Source of the DNA: an uncultured Pirellulales bacterium
GTDB lineage: Bacteria > Planctomycetota > Phycisphaerae > Sedimentisphaerales > Anaerobacaceae
DNA: 64,000 nucleotides
Reading direction: 5' to 3'
Assembly: GCA_964431695.1 (NCBI GenBank)
Contig: CAYSKI010000020.1
Span: 1,877-65,876, forward strand
The notes under the pieces are model-generated. The model was given only the letters and a program-made list of their open reading frames with translations, searched no databases and had not been told where the DNA came from. Positions 33,927-43,746 of this stretch are shown one piece after another (positions within the stretch are counted from its first letter, which is position 1; every line of letters begins with the position of its first letter). Position numbers and translations under genes: made by a program.

Positions 33927-35108
33927 TTGAAGATCGTTCATATTATAACTCGATTAATACTCGGTGGAGCGCAGGAAAATACATTGATAACCTGTAAGAT
34001 GCTGGCGCAGAGGGGTCATGATGTCACGCTGATAACCGGCCCGGCCATCGGCCCGGAAGGCGAGCTTTTCGAGCAGACAAAAAACGAGAGCTATAAGGTG
34101 ATAGTCATCGACAGGCTCCGCAGGGCCATAAATCCATACAACGATACAATCAGTTATTTTCAAATCAAAAAACATCTGCGGCAATTACGGCCGGATATCA
34201 TCCACACCCATTCGGCCAAGGCGGGAATTCTCGGCCGATTCGCAGCTCACAGCCTAAATCGAGCGACGAGTCACGAGCGACGAGCAACGAAGATTGTCCA
34301 CACCATTCACGGCCTTGCCTTTCATCCGTACCAAAGCCAATGGCTGAACAAATTCTATATCGCCGTAGAAAAATCCGCCGCCAGGCGTACGGATTATTTT
34401 ATTAGCGTAGCCGATGCCATGACTGCCCAGGCAACCGCGGTCGGTATCGGCCAGCCGGAGCAATTTGTCACAGCATATTCGGCAATCGAGGAAAATGATT
34501 TTTTAGAGCCGATCCCCCAGGAGCAAAAAAAACAATTCCGACAGAAATACGGTATTGCCGAAGACGCCGTTGTCCTTGTAACTATTGCCCGGTTGTTTAT
34601 GCTCAAGGGACACGATTATATAGTTGAATCGGCAAAAGAACTTTCGAAACGGTTTGAAAACTGCGTATGGCTGTTTGTCGGTGACGGCAATTTGTCCGAC
34701 CAATACAAACGGCAGGTTCAGGAATTAGGACTGGCGGAAAAAATCAGGTTCACCGGACTTTTGCCACCGGACGAGATTCCATTAGCCATACAATCATCGG
34801 ATATTCTCGTACATTGTTCGCTGCGGGAAGGCCTTGCCCGAACGCTGCCGCAGGCTATGCTGTGCGGCAAACCGGCAATTTCGTTCGATGTTGACGGAGC
34901 CAGAGAAGTCGTCAATGAAAACACCGGCCGACTGATTGAGCCAAAGAACGTCGAACAACTGACCAAAGCCTGTGCGGAATTAATCCAGGATGAAGATTTG
35001 AGAAAACGACTCGGCGAACAGGGCAGAGAATCGGTGAAAACCAAATTCGCTCCCGAAACGATGGTCGATACCATCGAAGCAGTTTACCGGAAATTAATGC
35101 CGGATTAA
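33927..35108 (+). CDS. glycosyltransferase family 4
   Basis: MKIVHIITRLILGGAQ, HTHSAKAGILGR, and C-terminal E-x7-E region CSLREGLARTLPQAMLCGKP. TTG start. Confidence 0.85.
   Translation: MKIVHIITRLILGGAQENTLITCKMLAQRGHDVTLITGPAIGPEGELFEQTKNESYKVIVIDRLRRAINPYNDTISYFQIKKHLRQLRPDIIHTHSAKAGILGRFAAHSLNRATSHERRATKIVHTIHGLAFHPYQSQWLNKFYIAVEKSAARRTDYFISVADAMTAQATAVGIGQPEQFVTAYSAIEENDFLEPIPQEQKKQFRQKYGIAEDAVVLVTIARLFMLKGHDYIVESAKELSKRFENCVWLFVGDGNLSDQYKRQVQELGLAEKIRFTGLLPPDEIPLAIQSSDILVHCSLREGLARTLPQAMLCGKPAISFDVDGAREVVNENTGRLIEPKNVEQLTKACAELIQDEDLRKRLGEQGRESVKTKFAPETMVDTIEAVYRKLMPD
34260..34294. repeat. degenerate heptanucleotide tandem tract (5 units) inside the GT4 gene
   Basis: cgagcga cgagtca cgagcga cgagcaa cgaagat, encoding ..RATSHERRATK.. 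Confidence 0.65.
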
Positions 35109-35148
35109 GAGGCAGAGATAATCAAAAAAAATTAAAAGGTCGCGAAAA

Positions 35149-36093
35149 ATGAGTAAAAAATTAAGACCCTGCTGGTTGAATTGCTTCGGGCCGGATGATA
35201 AAAGCTTTCTCGACGATAAGGAGTTGCTTTCGATTGATGCGATGGAAGATTCCATCAGTCCATTGGATGAACAGACAAAAGCTGTCAGGGGAATTATTAC
35301 GCGATTCGAAGCTTGCTATCACGAGGCGGACAAAGAGGCTGAATACATTATCAAATCCATCGCCGCCGGGCACTGCCTTGAGCAATCGAAGGAACGGCCG
35401 CCCGAACGCAAGAGAGAGCTGGAAAATGCCCGCCGAATACTTTCAATGTGGTGTGAAAACCAAAACATAAAGAATGTGAAACTTGATGTCGGCGGAGTAC
35501 CGGCGGAAAAATTAATAAGCTTCATTGGAAAAGCAGACCCTGTTAAAATATGGCAGGTCCAGCGACTAATCGATAGAATCGACCAGGCTCTGGACCCGAA
35601 TCATACGTACCACAACCTTGCCCTGGACCTCGGAGAGTACGGCGAACCGGGCGCAAAGCCCGCAGGAGAGTACTATAAAGACAACTCAGCCTTCCTTGAG
35701 CAGACAAAGAAAACCATCATTCACGACACCGCCGATGGGCATCCATCCGGCGTATCTCTGGGCTACGCTATTGACCTTTTCATGCCGTGTCACTGGGACT
35801 TGGTCGGCAGCTTAGTTACTATTCTTAAGGCAATCGGCGGAGACCTTTATCCGGACAAACCGTTTACATGCTGTATGCGAAATATCCATCTTAGTCCGCT
35901 TTGCAATAGATTGAAGACGATTTCAAACACGCTCGGAGTCTTTTGGAAAGGCGAGAAAACAGATCAAAATATCGACCGGGACATTCTCGCGTCGCTGGGA
36001 GAAGCTACACCGAAAAAACGCTGGCTTGCGGCATCTTTGGATAAAACGATAAGGCTGCATCTTAGCCTGCCTTTTGGAATAGAACTGATATAA
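35149..36093 (+). CDS. hypothetical protein
   Basis: 314-aa ORF with compact spacing to its neighbours. No family recognised. Confidence 0.5.
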   Translation: MSKKLRPCWLNCFGPDDKSFLDDKELLSIDAMEDSISPLDEQTKAVRGIITRFEACYHEADKEAEYIIKSIAAGHCLEQSKERPPERKRELENARRILSMWCENQNIKNVKLDVGGVPAEKLISFIGKADPVKIWQVQRLIDRIDQALDPNHTYHNLALDLGEYGEPGAKPAGEYYKDNSAFLEQTKKTIIHDTADGHPSGVSLGYAIDLFMPCHWDLVGSLVTILKAIGGDLYPDKPFTCCMRNIHLSPLCNRLKTISNTLGVFWKGEKTDQNIDRDILASLGEATPKKRWLAASLDKTIRLHLSLPFGIELI

Positions 36094-36108
36094 GAAAGAG
36101 GTGAAAAA

Positions 36109-36462
36109 ATGGAAGATAATGTATCCTATTGCGGACTTGTTTGTGAAACCTGCGTAATCTATCTGGCAACGAGAGAACAGGATCCCAAGAAAAAACTTCA
36201 AATGAGAGTCGATATTGCACAGCAAATCAAGGAGCACTACGGCCAGGAAACCAGGCCGGAAGACGTCGGTGATTGCGACGGCTGCAAAGCGGAGACAGGA
36301 AGTATATATTGTACAAGTTGTGAGATACGAACCTGTGCAGCAGAGAAAGGCCTTGAAAATTGCGCGCATTGCAGCGAATATGCCTGTGAAAAGCTTCAGG
36401 AATTTTTTACCAAGGATCCACAATCCAAAGAGCGATTGGATGCTATAAACAGATCACTCTAA
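36109..36462 (+). CDS. Cys-rich DUF3795-like protein
   Basis: [49 protein letters not shown]. Confidence 0.7.
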   Translation: MEDNVSYCGLVCETCVIYLATREQDPKKKLQMRVDIAQQIKEHYGQETRPEDVGDCDGCKAETGSIYCTSCEIRTCAAEKGLENCAHCSEYACEKLQEFFTKDPQSKERLDAINRSL

Positions 36463-36490
36463 TTTGAGCTGTGTCAGGAGAAGAAACAAC

Positions 36491-36907
36491 ATGAAAAGCT
36501 ATCGAAAAGAATTGTGGTTCGATACCTCAAGCAGGCGGGAATACATAAACATCACGCCGAAGGTCGAGCAATGCCTGGCAGAAAGCGGCATCAAAGAAGG
36601 ATTCCTGCTTTGTAACGCGATGCATATTACCGCCAGCGTCTTTATAAACGACGACGAATCGGGACTTCATCACGATTTCGAAGTATGGCTGGAAAAACTG
36701 GCGCCGGAAAAACCCTACTCGCAGTATCGCCATAACGGCTACGAGGACAACGCCGATGCACACCTCAAGCGCAGCGTCATGGGCAGAGAGGTAGTCGTGG
36801 CTGTTACCGGAGGAAAACTCGATTTCGGACCGTGGGAGCAGATATTCTACGGCGAATTCGACGGTAAAAGAAAAAAGCGAGTACTGGTAAAAATCATCGG
36901 TGAGTAA
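36491..36907 (+). CDS. yjbQ: YjbQ/UPF0047 family (secondary thiamine-phosphate synthase) protein
   Basis: [78 protein letters not shown]. Confidence 0.85.
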   Translation: MKSYRKELWFDTSSRREYINITPKVEQCLAESGIKEGFLLCNAMHITASVFINDDESGLHHDFEVWLEKLAPEKPYSQYRHNGYEDNADAHLKRSVMGREVVVAVTGGKLDFGPWEQIFYGEFDGKRKKRVLVKIIGE

Positions 36908-36919
36908 GCAGGTGACATC

Positions 36920-37546
36920 GTGACATTGCTGATTTTCTTAGGTGAAGTATTCATCATCTCTTTCACCGGCGCTCTGCAGCCGGGACCTGTAACGGCAACC
37001 GCCATTACGATGGGCACACGCAACCGCTGGGCCGGTACACTCATGGCCCTCGGCCACGGCATTATCGAATTTCCCCTGATCGTCGTGATTGTTCTGGGTA
37101 TGGGGAAATTTTTTCAAATCCCGAAAGTCCAGATTGCCATCGGTCTTGCCGGCGGCGCATTTCTAATATTAATGGGAGTACAGACTTATCTCGGCCTCAA
37201 AACTGGTGCCGACAGCAAACCGAAAGCCCTCCATGGCAAACCCATCCTTGCCGGGATTATATTGTCGGCCAGCAATCCGTATTTTCTCTTATGGTGGGCG
37301 ACAGTCGGTCTGGCCTTAGCCAACCATGCCCCCGCCGAATGGGGAATCTGGGCATTTGTCTTTTTTGCCCTGACTCACTGGTTCGTTGATTTGATTTGGC
37401 TGCAACTTTTATCCTGGGCAAGCTTCAAAGGCTCCGTCCTACTCGGGCGTCACGGCTTGAAAATAGTCCTTGCTTTTTGTGCGGCGGCACTTTTCGGCTT
37501 CGGAATATATTTTATCTCCAACGCTATCATTACTTTGGCGAAATGA
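36920..37546 (+). CDS. LysE-family amino-acid exporter
   Basis: About 6 TM segments. N-terminus ISFTGALQPGPVTATAI and NPYFLLWW motif. GTG start. Confidence 0.7.
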   Translation: MTLLIFLGEVFIISFTGALQPGPVTATAITMGTRNRWAGTLMALGHGIIEFPLIVVIVLGMGKFFQIPKVQIAIGLAGGAFLILMGVQTYLGLKTGADSKPKALHGKPILAGIILSASNPYFLLWWATVGLALANHAPAEWGIWAFVFFALTHWFVDLIWLQLLSWASFKGSVLLGRHGLKIVLAFCAAALFGFGIYFISNAIITLAK

Positions 37547-37610
37547 TATAAGGACGAACGTTGCTGAAATACAAATGAACTTGCTCGACAGCAATGGCAC
37601 AGGCGGAGAT

Positions 37611-39176
37611 TTACTTCGAGGATTCCTGCTCAGTATGGGATTGCAATTCGGCGATTAACTTTTCGATGATCTGCCTTGGTATTCGCCCCCTGGCAGACAG
37701 ACTTAGTGCAATCTTTGCCTCCTTCAAGGCTTCGTTTTTCGCTTCCGGCTTGTGCTTAGCCAAAAACTGGGCCAGCCAGAAATGAACAACCGAATTATCA
37801 GGTTCTATTTTCAATAGCTCTCGAAAATGCATCTCCGCACCATCTAATTTGCCGGTTTGTTCCATCATACTTGCCAATTGGCCTCGGAACGGCCCTCTTT
37901 CGGGAAAAAGCTCCACCGCCCTGGCCATTGAAGTGACAGCATTCTCTGTGTCACCCATATAAAATTGAGAAGCTCCAAGACTAAACCACAAATAAGCATT
38001 ATCAGGATTAATCTTGATCGCTTCATTGAGGAATTCACTACAATGCTTATACTCACCGCGTTCGAAAAGAATATTATACATTAGCATCGCACTATAGGAT
38101 CTATATTTGTCAAGTTGCCACAACTGCCTCAGGATTTCCAGGGACTTATCCGGTTGTCGTTCTGAAAGAAACCGAGCATAATAAAACTTCGCAGTAGTTC
38201 CCTCAGTATCTAACTTGAGGGCTTCTTGATAGAATTCTTCTGCCTGTTCCGTTTTGTTCTTCTTTTCGGCTGCACTTGCAGCCAGGCTGTAAGCAAAAGC
38301 TGAATTGGGTCGTACATCCATTAACTTCTGTGCATGTTTGAATGCGAGATTATATTCGTCTCGTAAGTAATTATGATAGGTTTTAAGAATGAGTAAAAAA
38401 ACCTCGGTTCCATCCGACGGCCTTGAAAGAATTTCTCCCATTGGTACCAAAGATTTCGTTTGACCACCCTTTTCGGCAAAGCGTTTCACCTGTGATATTG
38501 ATGGACCTTGAGCGGATATAGGCTCTTGTCCTTTTCCATGCACTCGAACGAAGCAACCAATCACCTCGGTTGTCGCCGGTATTAACATCGGCGAACCGCT
38601 CCAACCCGAGCCGAGCTTACCGACTCCGGACAGCGATATGAACAGCGGGATTTGCTGCTGAGTCGCTACAAAACCGATGGGTAAACGCTCATGTTGAAAA
38701 TCTAATCCATCTCCAAAAGGCTCATTAACATCAGAGGCGAAGCTGAGAATAACTTCCGGCATACCGATGATCTCAACCTCCTTGAGGTCAGAAATTTTAT
38801 CATCAGCAACTAACTTCAGCGCAGGGTGTCCCAGCCAGGATACCTTAACAATAGCAAGGTCAAGTGCCCTATCGGCAGCAATAATTTCGCCGTCACACTC
38901 ATCTCCAAGATAAGGACTGAATACCTTGATAAGCCCAGGCATTTGATGTTCGCCCTGTTCGGATCCTTCAAATACCAGATGGTGTGCGGTGACCACCAAC
39001 GTTCCGTCTCCAATTACGAATCCATTTCCGGAACGTTTTCCTGAAGGAGGATTGGATATTACCAATACAATAGAATCCTCCGGATCTACTTTGACAGCTT
39101 CCTCTGCCGAGATAAAAACAGGACTGCATACCACGATGAGTAAGGACAAGATAAAAGTATTTTTTATACCAGCCAT
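37611..39176 (-). CDS. secreted trypsin-like serine protease fused to TPR repeats
   Basis: GNGFVIGDGTLVVTAHHLV (His), DLAIVKV (Asp), GSGWSGSPML (Ser), then about 6 TPR-like repeats. ATG at 39176; signal peptide present. Confidence 0.75.
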   Translation of the reverse strand: MAGIKNTFILSLLIVVCSPVFISAEEAVKVDPEDSIVLVISNPPSGKRSGNGFVIGDGTLVVTAHHLVFEGSEQGEHQMPGLIKVFSPYLGDECDGEIIAADRALDLAIVKVSWLGHPALKLVADDKISDLKEVEIIGMPEVILSFASDVNEPFGDGLDFQHERLPIGFVATQQQIPLFISLSGVGKLGSGWSGSPMLIPATTEVIGCFVRVHGKGQEPISAQGPSISQVKRFAEKGGQTKSLVPMGEILSRPSDGTEVFLLILKTYHNYLRDEYNLAFKHAQKLMDVRPNSAFAYSLAASAAEKKNKTEQAEEFYQEALKLDTEGTTAKFYYARFLSERQPDKSLEILRQLWQLDKYRSYSAMLMYNILFERGEYKHCSEFLNEAIKINPDNAYLWFSLGASQFYMGDTENAVTSMARAVELFPERGPFRGQLASMMEQTGKLDGAEMHFRELLKIEPDNSVVHFWLAQFLAKHKPEAKNEALKEAKIALSLSARGRIPRQIIEKLIAELQSHTEQESSK

Positions 39177-39203
39177 GATATCTGTCCCCAATATAAATAT
39201 TTC

Positions 39204-40547
39204 TTATTCGTCTTCGATTCGTCCCTCTTGAGCCAAGATTTGTTTGAGACTGTACCGAGCTAAAGAATCTTGCTGGGATCGGGCTATTTGCTGCAAAGCA
39301 GGCAACTGTTCAATTGCCGACTGGGCAAGGCCTACATCAGCCAATGCTTCGGAGATATCGGAGAGCTTGATCTTTGCCGGATCTTTAGCCGGCATAAAAC
39401 CTGCTCTGGGTTCGGAAGTCCTGACGATAAGGCCGCTCTTAACAAAATGGTTGAGAATTTTGTCCGCAAACTCGGCGGGAATATTCAACTCGCTGCATAA
39501 TACCTCGGCTTCAACCGGAGCCTGGTTCTTCTCGAAAGCAATGGCGATTCCTCTGACTATATTGATAGCTGTAAGGTCATTTGCAATAAAATATTCTTCT
39601 GTTTTTCTGGCGGCGGCAATCTCGGCGGCGTCGAGGCTCTTTAAATGCTGGGTTGTATATGTCAACTGCAGACCAAACAGCACTGTTAACCAGGTAATAT
39701 AAATCCAAACCACTGTCATGGGAATCAGTGCCATTACTCCATAAACTGTGCGGTACAGTCCTAATTCTGTTATACAATATCCGAAGATGCTTTTAGCCGC
39801 CATCCAGACCAGGGCCGCTACAGCCGCACCCCAAATGGCAGCCTTGAAATTAATTTTGGTGTTAGGCATAACAAAATAGAGCAGAAAAAAGGCGACGGTT
39901 GCTACAAAGTAGGACAGGATTACCGGGGCTATATGTGATAATACGGTTTCTTGTATGTTCGCGAGTTTCGAATATTGTGTGATGACGTATATACCGGTTC
40001 CAAGAAGCAGAGGTCCGAGGGTCAGAAGCGCCCAGTAGCTGATAATTCGATGCAGGAAGTTTCTGCCGGTTGCGACGTGCCAGATATTGTTGAACGATTT
40101 CTCTATCGTTGCCAGCAGTGCCAACGCTGCCCAAATCACAATCAATATGCTGAACAACCCGATTCGCCCTTTATTTGTCTCTGAAAAGAACCGAGCAACG
40201 ATAGCGTCAAGGTGCTCGGTAAGCTTGATTGTTTCCTCGGGATTTTCGCTGCTTTGGACCGGGCTGTTGAAAGCTGTAAAATTGGCCTGGTCATATATGA
40301 AATTCTTTACCCTCTCACCTATGTAGCTATAAGATGGAAACAACTGAAATATCATAAGCGTAACAATCGCCAAAGGGACAATTCCGAAGATTGTGTGATA
40401 CGACAGAGCGGCGGCCTGCTGACCGGCACGATTAATTCTCAGCAATCTGGCACAATGCGACCAGAGCTTAATTTGAAAGACGATAAAACGACTGGCTCTG
40501 CCAAGCTGGGTTGAGGGGGTTGTCAGAAGCTCCGTGAGTGTTAACAT
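39204..40547 (-). CDS. YihY/BrkB-family membrane protein with C-terminal winged-helix-like domain
   Basis: AAALSYHTIFGIVPL and polytopic core. The C-terminal ~130 aa (VRGIAIAFEKNQAPVEAEVLCSELNIPAEFADKILNHFVKSGLI) look like a wHTH. ATG at 40547. Confidence 0.75.
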   Translation of the reverse strand: MLTLTELLTTPSTQLGRASRFIVFQIKLWSHCARLLRINRAGQQAAALSYHTIFGIVPLAIVTLMIFQLFPSYSYIGERVKNFIYDQANFTAFNSPVQSSENPEETIKLTEHLDAIVARFFSETNKGRIGLFSILIVIWAALALLATIEKSFNNIWHVATGRNFLHRIISYWALLTLGPLLLGTGIYVITQYSKLANIQETVLSHIAPVILSYFVATVAFFLLYFVMPNTKINFKAAIWGAAVAALVWMAAKSIFGYCITELGLYRTVYGVMALIPMTVVWIYITWLTVLFGLQLTYTTQHLKSLDAAEIAAARKTEEYFIANDLTAINIVRGIAIAFEKNQAPVEAEVLCSELNIPAEFADKILNHFVKSGLIVRTSEPRAGFMPAKDPAKIKLSDISEALADVGLAQSAIEQLPALQQIARSQQDSLARYSLKQILAQEGRIEDE

Positions 40548-40716
40548 CTTTGTTCCCTTCAATAATAAAAGAGAATATCGACCGATTCAAAATCAAATCT
40601 TAGACAAATTTCCGAAGAAAATAAAGAACCTTTTTCCACCACTATCAATTAAGAACCGAAGCACCCTCAGTACTACCCCCAGCAATTCACCGCACTGCCG
40701 AGCGAGTTCAACCGAC

Positions 40717-42570
40717 TTAATACGTTAGGCCGTAACCGAATTCAAAAAGAGGATCATAATCACTGTCGCCGATATTGATGGGAACCTGGTCAATCGAGCG
40801 AGGCCAGGTAAATGAGAGCTTGCCGGTCGGCTTGTAATCACCGAAAAGCATATCCGCCACTCCCTGACCTTCGGTCCCGGGCAGCCATGCGGCGATAAAT
40901 GAGTTCGCCTCATCAAGAACGTCGTTGATAATCATCGGCCGCCCCGATATCAATATGACAACCACGGGAATTCCGACACTTTTGACATTCATAATCGCTT
41001 CGATATCCGCCTTATCGAGCGCGAGATCGGCGCTGTCACCTCTTCCCTCGGCGTAAGGTGCTTCACCAATCACAACTATTCCTATATCGGCACCGGCAGC
41101 ACCCGTACCATCCGGCGAGAAGGTCACCTTAATATTCTTAGAGACCGTATTTTTTATAGCGGTCAGAATAGTAGTGCCTCCTGTTGTGACCTGTCCGCTC
41201 CGGCCCTGCCAGTCGATGGTCCAGCCGCCGCACTGATTGCCTATGTTGTCGGCGTTTTTGCCGGCGACATGAATCCGTGAGGCCTGCTTCGAGATCGGGA
41301 GAATCTTACCTTCATTCTTGAGCAGCACAAGAGACTGTCGAACTGCTTCGCGCGCGACCTGTCGATGTTCGTCAGAACCGAACTTATTTTGAAGACTCCT
41401 GTCAGCCAACGAAGAGCGTTTCTTATCCAAAAGTCCCATAGCAAATTTGACACGAAGGATCCGCGTCACCGCGTCGTCGATTCGGGAGACCGGCACCACA
41501 CCTTCTTCCACCAGCTCTTTAAGGTAAGTGAAGAATTCCTTGTATTTGCTGGGAATCATCCCCATATCCATTCCGGCATTTATCGAAATCCCGATGGCCG
41601 TCTTGTAATCCCGGTCAAGCTGGTCTATAGCACGGTAATCGGAGATAAGAAATCCCTCGAAGCCAAGCTCCTGCTTTAGAATCTCGGTAAGCAATCGCTT
41701 ACTTGCCGAGCACTTCAGGCCGTTCCAACTGCTATATGACGGCATAATCGTGCCGACACCCGCATTAACAGCCGCGACATACGGCGGCAAATGAATTTGC
41801 CGGAGTGTTTCCTCATTCATTTGCGTATCTCCCTGGTCCAGTCTGATACCGCGCCTTCCCCGCAAGACCGCCGTTGTGCCGCCGTCACCGACATAGTGCT
41901 TGGCGCACGCCAGAACCGAAACCGAATCTCCCAAATCACCCTGAAAACCGCGTATCGATGCTTCACCGAGAATTTTGACAAGTTCCGGATCCTCGGAAAA
42001 ACCCTCGTATGTCCTGCCCCACCGCTCGTCCCGAGGGACAGTCACGCAGGGAGCGAATGTCCACTGAACGCCCGTAGCTCGCATTTCCAGTGCCGTTATT
42101 CGGGCTATCTTTTCCACGAGGTCGGGATTACGCGTACAGCCAAGACCAATATTGTGTGGGAAGATAACGGCACCGATGACGTTATTATGCCCGTGCACGG
42201 CATCAACACCGTAGAGAATCGGGATACCCAGCCGGGTTTTGAGCGCATGCTGCTGATAACCGTCATACATATCCGTCCACGCCTGCAGGCTGTTACCGGC
42301 TTTCGGATCTGAATTTCCGCCGCTCAAAAGAGACCCGAGACAGTATTTCTCGATATCCACCGGGTCCTGGAGATGCTCCTGGTCGGCCTGAATCATCTGG
42401 CCTATTTTTTCCTCCAGAGTCATCTGAGACAATAACTCTTTGACCTGATCATCGTAAGATGACAGCGGCTTAGGATTCGATACTTTAGACATAACTTGAC
42501 ACGATACCGAAAGAACACTCATGCAAGTCAAAATCACAAAAAATCGTGAAAAAAAAAGTGGTCTAATCAT
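40717..42570 (-). CDS. glycoside hydrolase family 3 (beta-glucosidase-like)
   Basis: [31 protein letters not shown], and [10 protein letters not shown] nucleophile region. Signal peptide; ATG at 42570. Confidence 0.9.
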   Translation of the reverse strand: MIRPLFFSRFFVILTCMSVLSVSCQVMSKVSNPKPLSSYDDQVKELLSQMTLEEKIGQMIQADQEHLQDPVDIEKYCLGSLLSGGNSDPKAGNSLQAWTDMYDGYQQHALKTRLGIPILYGVDAVHGHNNVIGAVIFPHNIGLGCTRNPDLVEKIARITALEMRATGVQWTFAPCVTVPRDERWGRTYEGFSEDPELVKILGEASIRGFQGDLGDSVSVLACAKHYVGDGGTTAVLRGRRGIRLDQGDTQMNEETLRQIHLPPYVAAVNAGVGTIMPSYSSWNGLKCSASKRLLTEILKQELGFEGFLISDYRAIDQLDRDYKTAIGISINAGMDMGMIPSKYKEFFTYLKELVEEGVVPVSRIDDAVTRILRVKFAMGLLDKKRSSLADRSLQNKFGSDEHRQVAREAVRQSLVLLKNEGKILPISKQASRIHVAGKNADNIGNQCGGWTIDWQGRSGQVTTGGTTILTAIKNTVSKNIKVTFSPDGTGAAGADIGIVVIGEAPYAEGRGDSADLALDKADIEAIMNVKSVGIPVVVILISGRPMIINDVLDEANSFIAAWLPGTEGQGVADMLFGDYKPTGKLSFTWPRSIDQVPINIGDSDYDPLFEFGYGLTY

Positions 42571-42643
42571 TAATACACTCCCTGACAATTTAAGTCATCC
42601 TATACTATCGAGAATTTACAAAGTCCTCCGAGCCATGAAATCA

Positions 42644-43702
42644 TTAATGCCTCGCAAACTTATCGAACACCGTAATCACCGGCAATGCGTTGCCGTCGTC
42701 GCCGAACATTCCCCGACTGCGAAGACCGCCGGTGACTGCAGGTTCCCACCAAAAAATACCTTTGCCTTTGTTGTTCGGGGTCTCCAGAACAATTCGATTC
42801 ACCTCGTCGAGAAACTGCCTCTGTCCTTCCGGAGTCTCCGGGAAAGGTGCTGGTTTGTTCCTGTACTCGCTCGGGCGCCAGTTGTAAGCCACCTCCACCA
42901 GAATGATGTCCTTTTCGTACTCGTTGGCCATGAATATCATATTTTCCCGAAGGTCGAGCAAACTGCCGTGCCACCACGGGTAATAAGATTGACCGATGGC
43001 ATCATAATCAATTCCGTAAGAATTCCATTTATCGAAAAAAGTTTGTGTTCCTTTTTTGTCCCCGCCTCTGTCGATATGAACCATTATCAAAGGTCGAGCA
43101 GCATCGCCCCGACCTGCATCGATGCCGTCAATTCCGGCCTTCATCAGTTCGGCAAAATTGTCCCAGTTGTCAGGCAGTTTTCCATCCGGCCACAACATGC
43201 CGTTGATGATCTCATTGCCGGGCTGGACCATATCCGGCATAATTCCGGCTTCCCGAAAAGCAACAATAGTATCACGAGTGTATTCGAATACCGCCTGGAC
43301 AAGCTCCTCGTGCGGCTTTCCCTCCCATGCTACGGGGATGTATTGCTTACCGGGATCGGCCCATGTGTTGGAGTAATGGTAGTTCAACAAAAACTTGAAG
43401 CCGAGTTTTTTCGCATCCCGGGCAAGAGCGATTGTGTATTCGAGGTTGTTCGGCAGCCGTCTCGGGCTATGGAACAGCCTCAGGCGAATCCAGTTGTATC
43501 CGTGGTCTTTGAATATCTCAAGTCCCGGCCTGGCCTGGTTGCTGTCTTTGAAAACTGTGCCGCGGTCTTCGGCCTGTTTGAGGAAAGATAGATCCGCACC
43601 CATGGCATAATCCAGGGCATATATCAAAGCCGGATTCCATAGCTGGGTCAGGAATAAAAATACTACAAACAGAAATATTTTGCGGGATTCATCCTTGCTC
43701 AT
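42644..43702 (-). CDS. arabinogalactan endo-beta-1,4-galactanase (GH53)
   Basis: MGADLSFLKQAEDRG..GYNWIRLRLF..HYSNTWADPGKQ..VQPGNEI..ILVEVAY. Confidence 0.85.
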   Translation of the reverse strand: MSKDESRKIFLFVVFLFLTQLWNPALIYALDYAMGADLSFLKQAEDRGTVFKDSNQARPGLEIFKDHGYNWIRLRLFHSPRRLPNNLEYTIALARDAKKLGFKFLLNYHYSNTWADPGKQYIPVAWEGKPHEELVQAVFEYTRDTIVAFREAGIMPDMVQPGNEIINGMLWPDGKLPDNWDNFAELMKAGIDGIDAGRGDAARPLIMVHIDRGGDKKGTQTFFDKWNSYGIDYDAIGQSYYPWWHGSLLDLRENMIFMANEYEKDIILVEVAYNWRPSEYRNKPAPFPETPEGQRQFLDEVNRIVLETPNNKGKGIFWWEPAVTGGLRSRGMFGDDGNALPVITVFDKFARH

Positions 43703-43746
43703 TATAACGTCACATTTCCCTTTTTTACAAAACTGGAAATACTAAC

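Noticed and set aside
42521-43591. 356-aa plus-strand ORF spanning the GH3 start and most of the GH53 gene.
   Set aside because: It is antisense to two confidently assigned hydrolase genes and crosses their intergenic gap. Its composition is typical of antisense translation.
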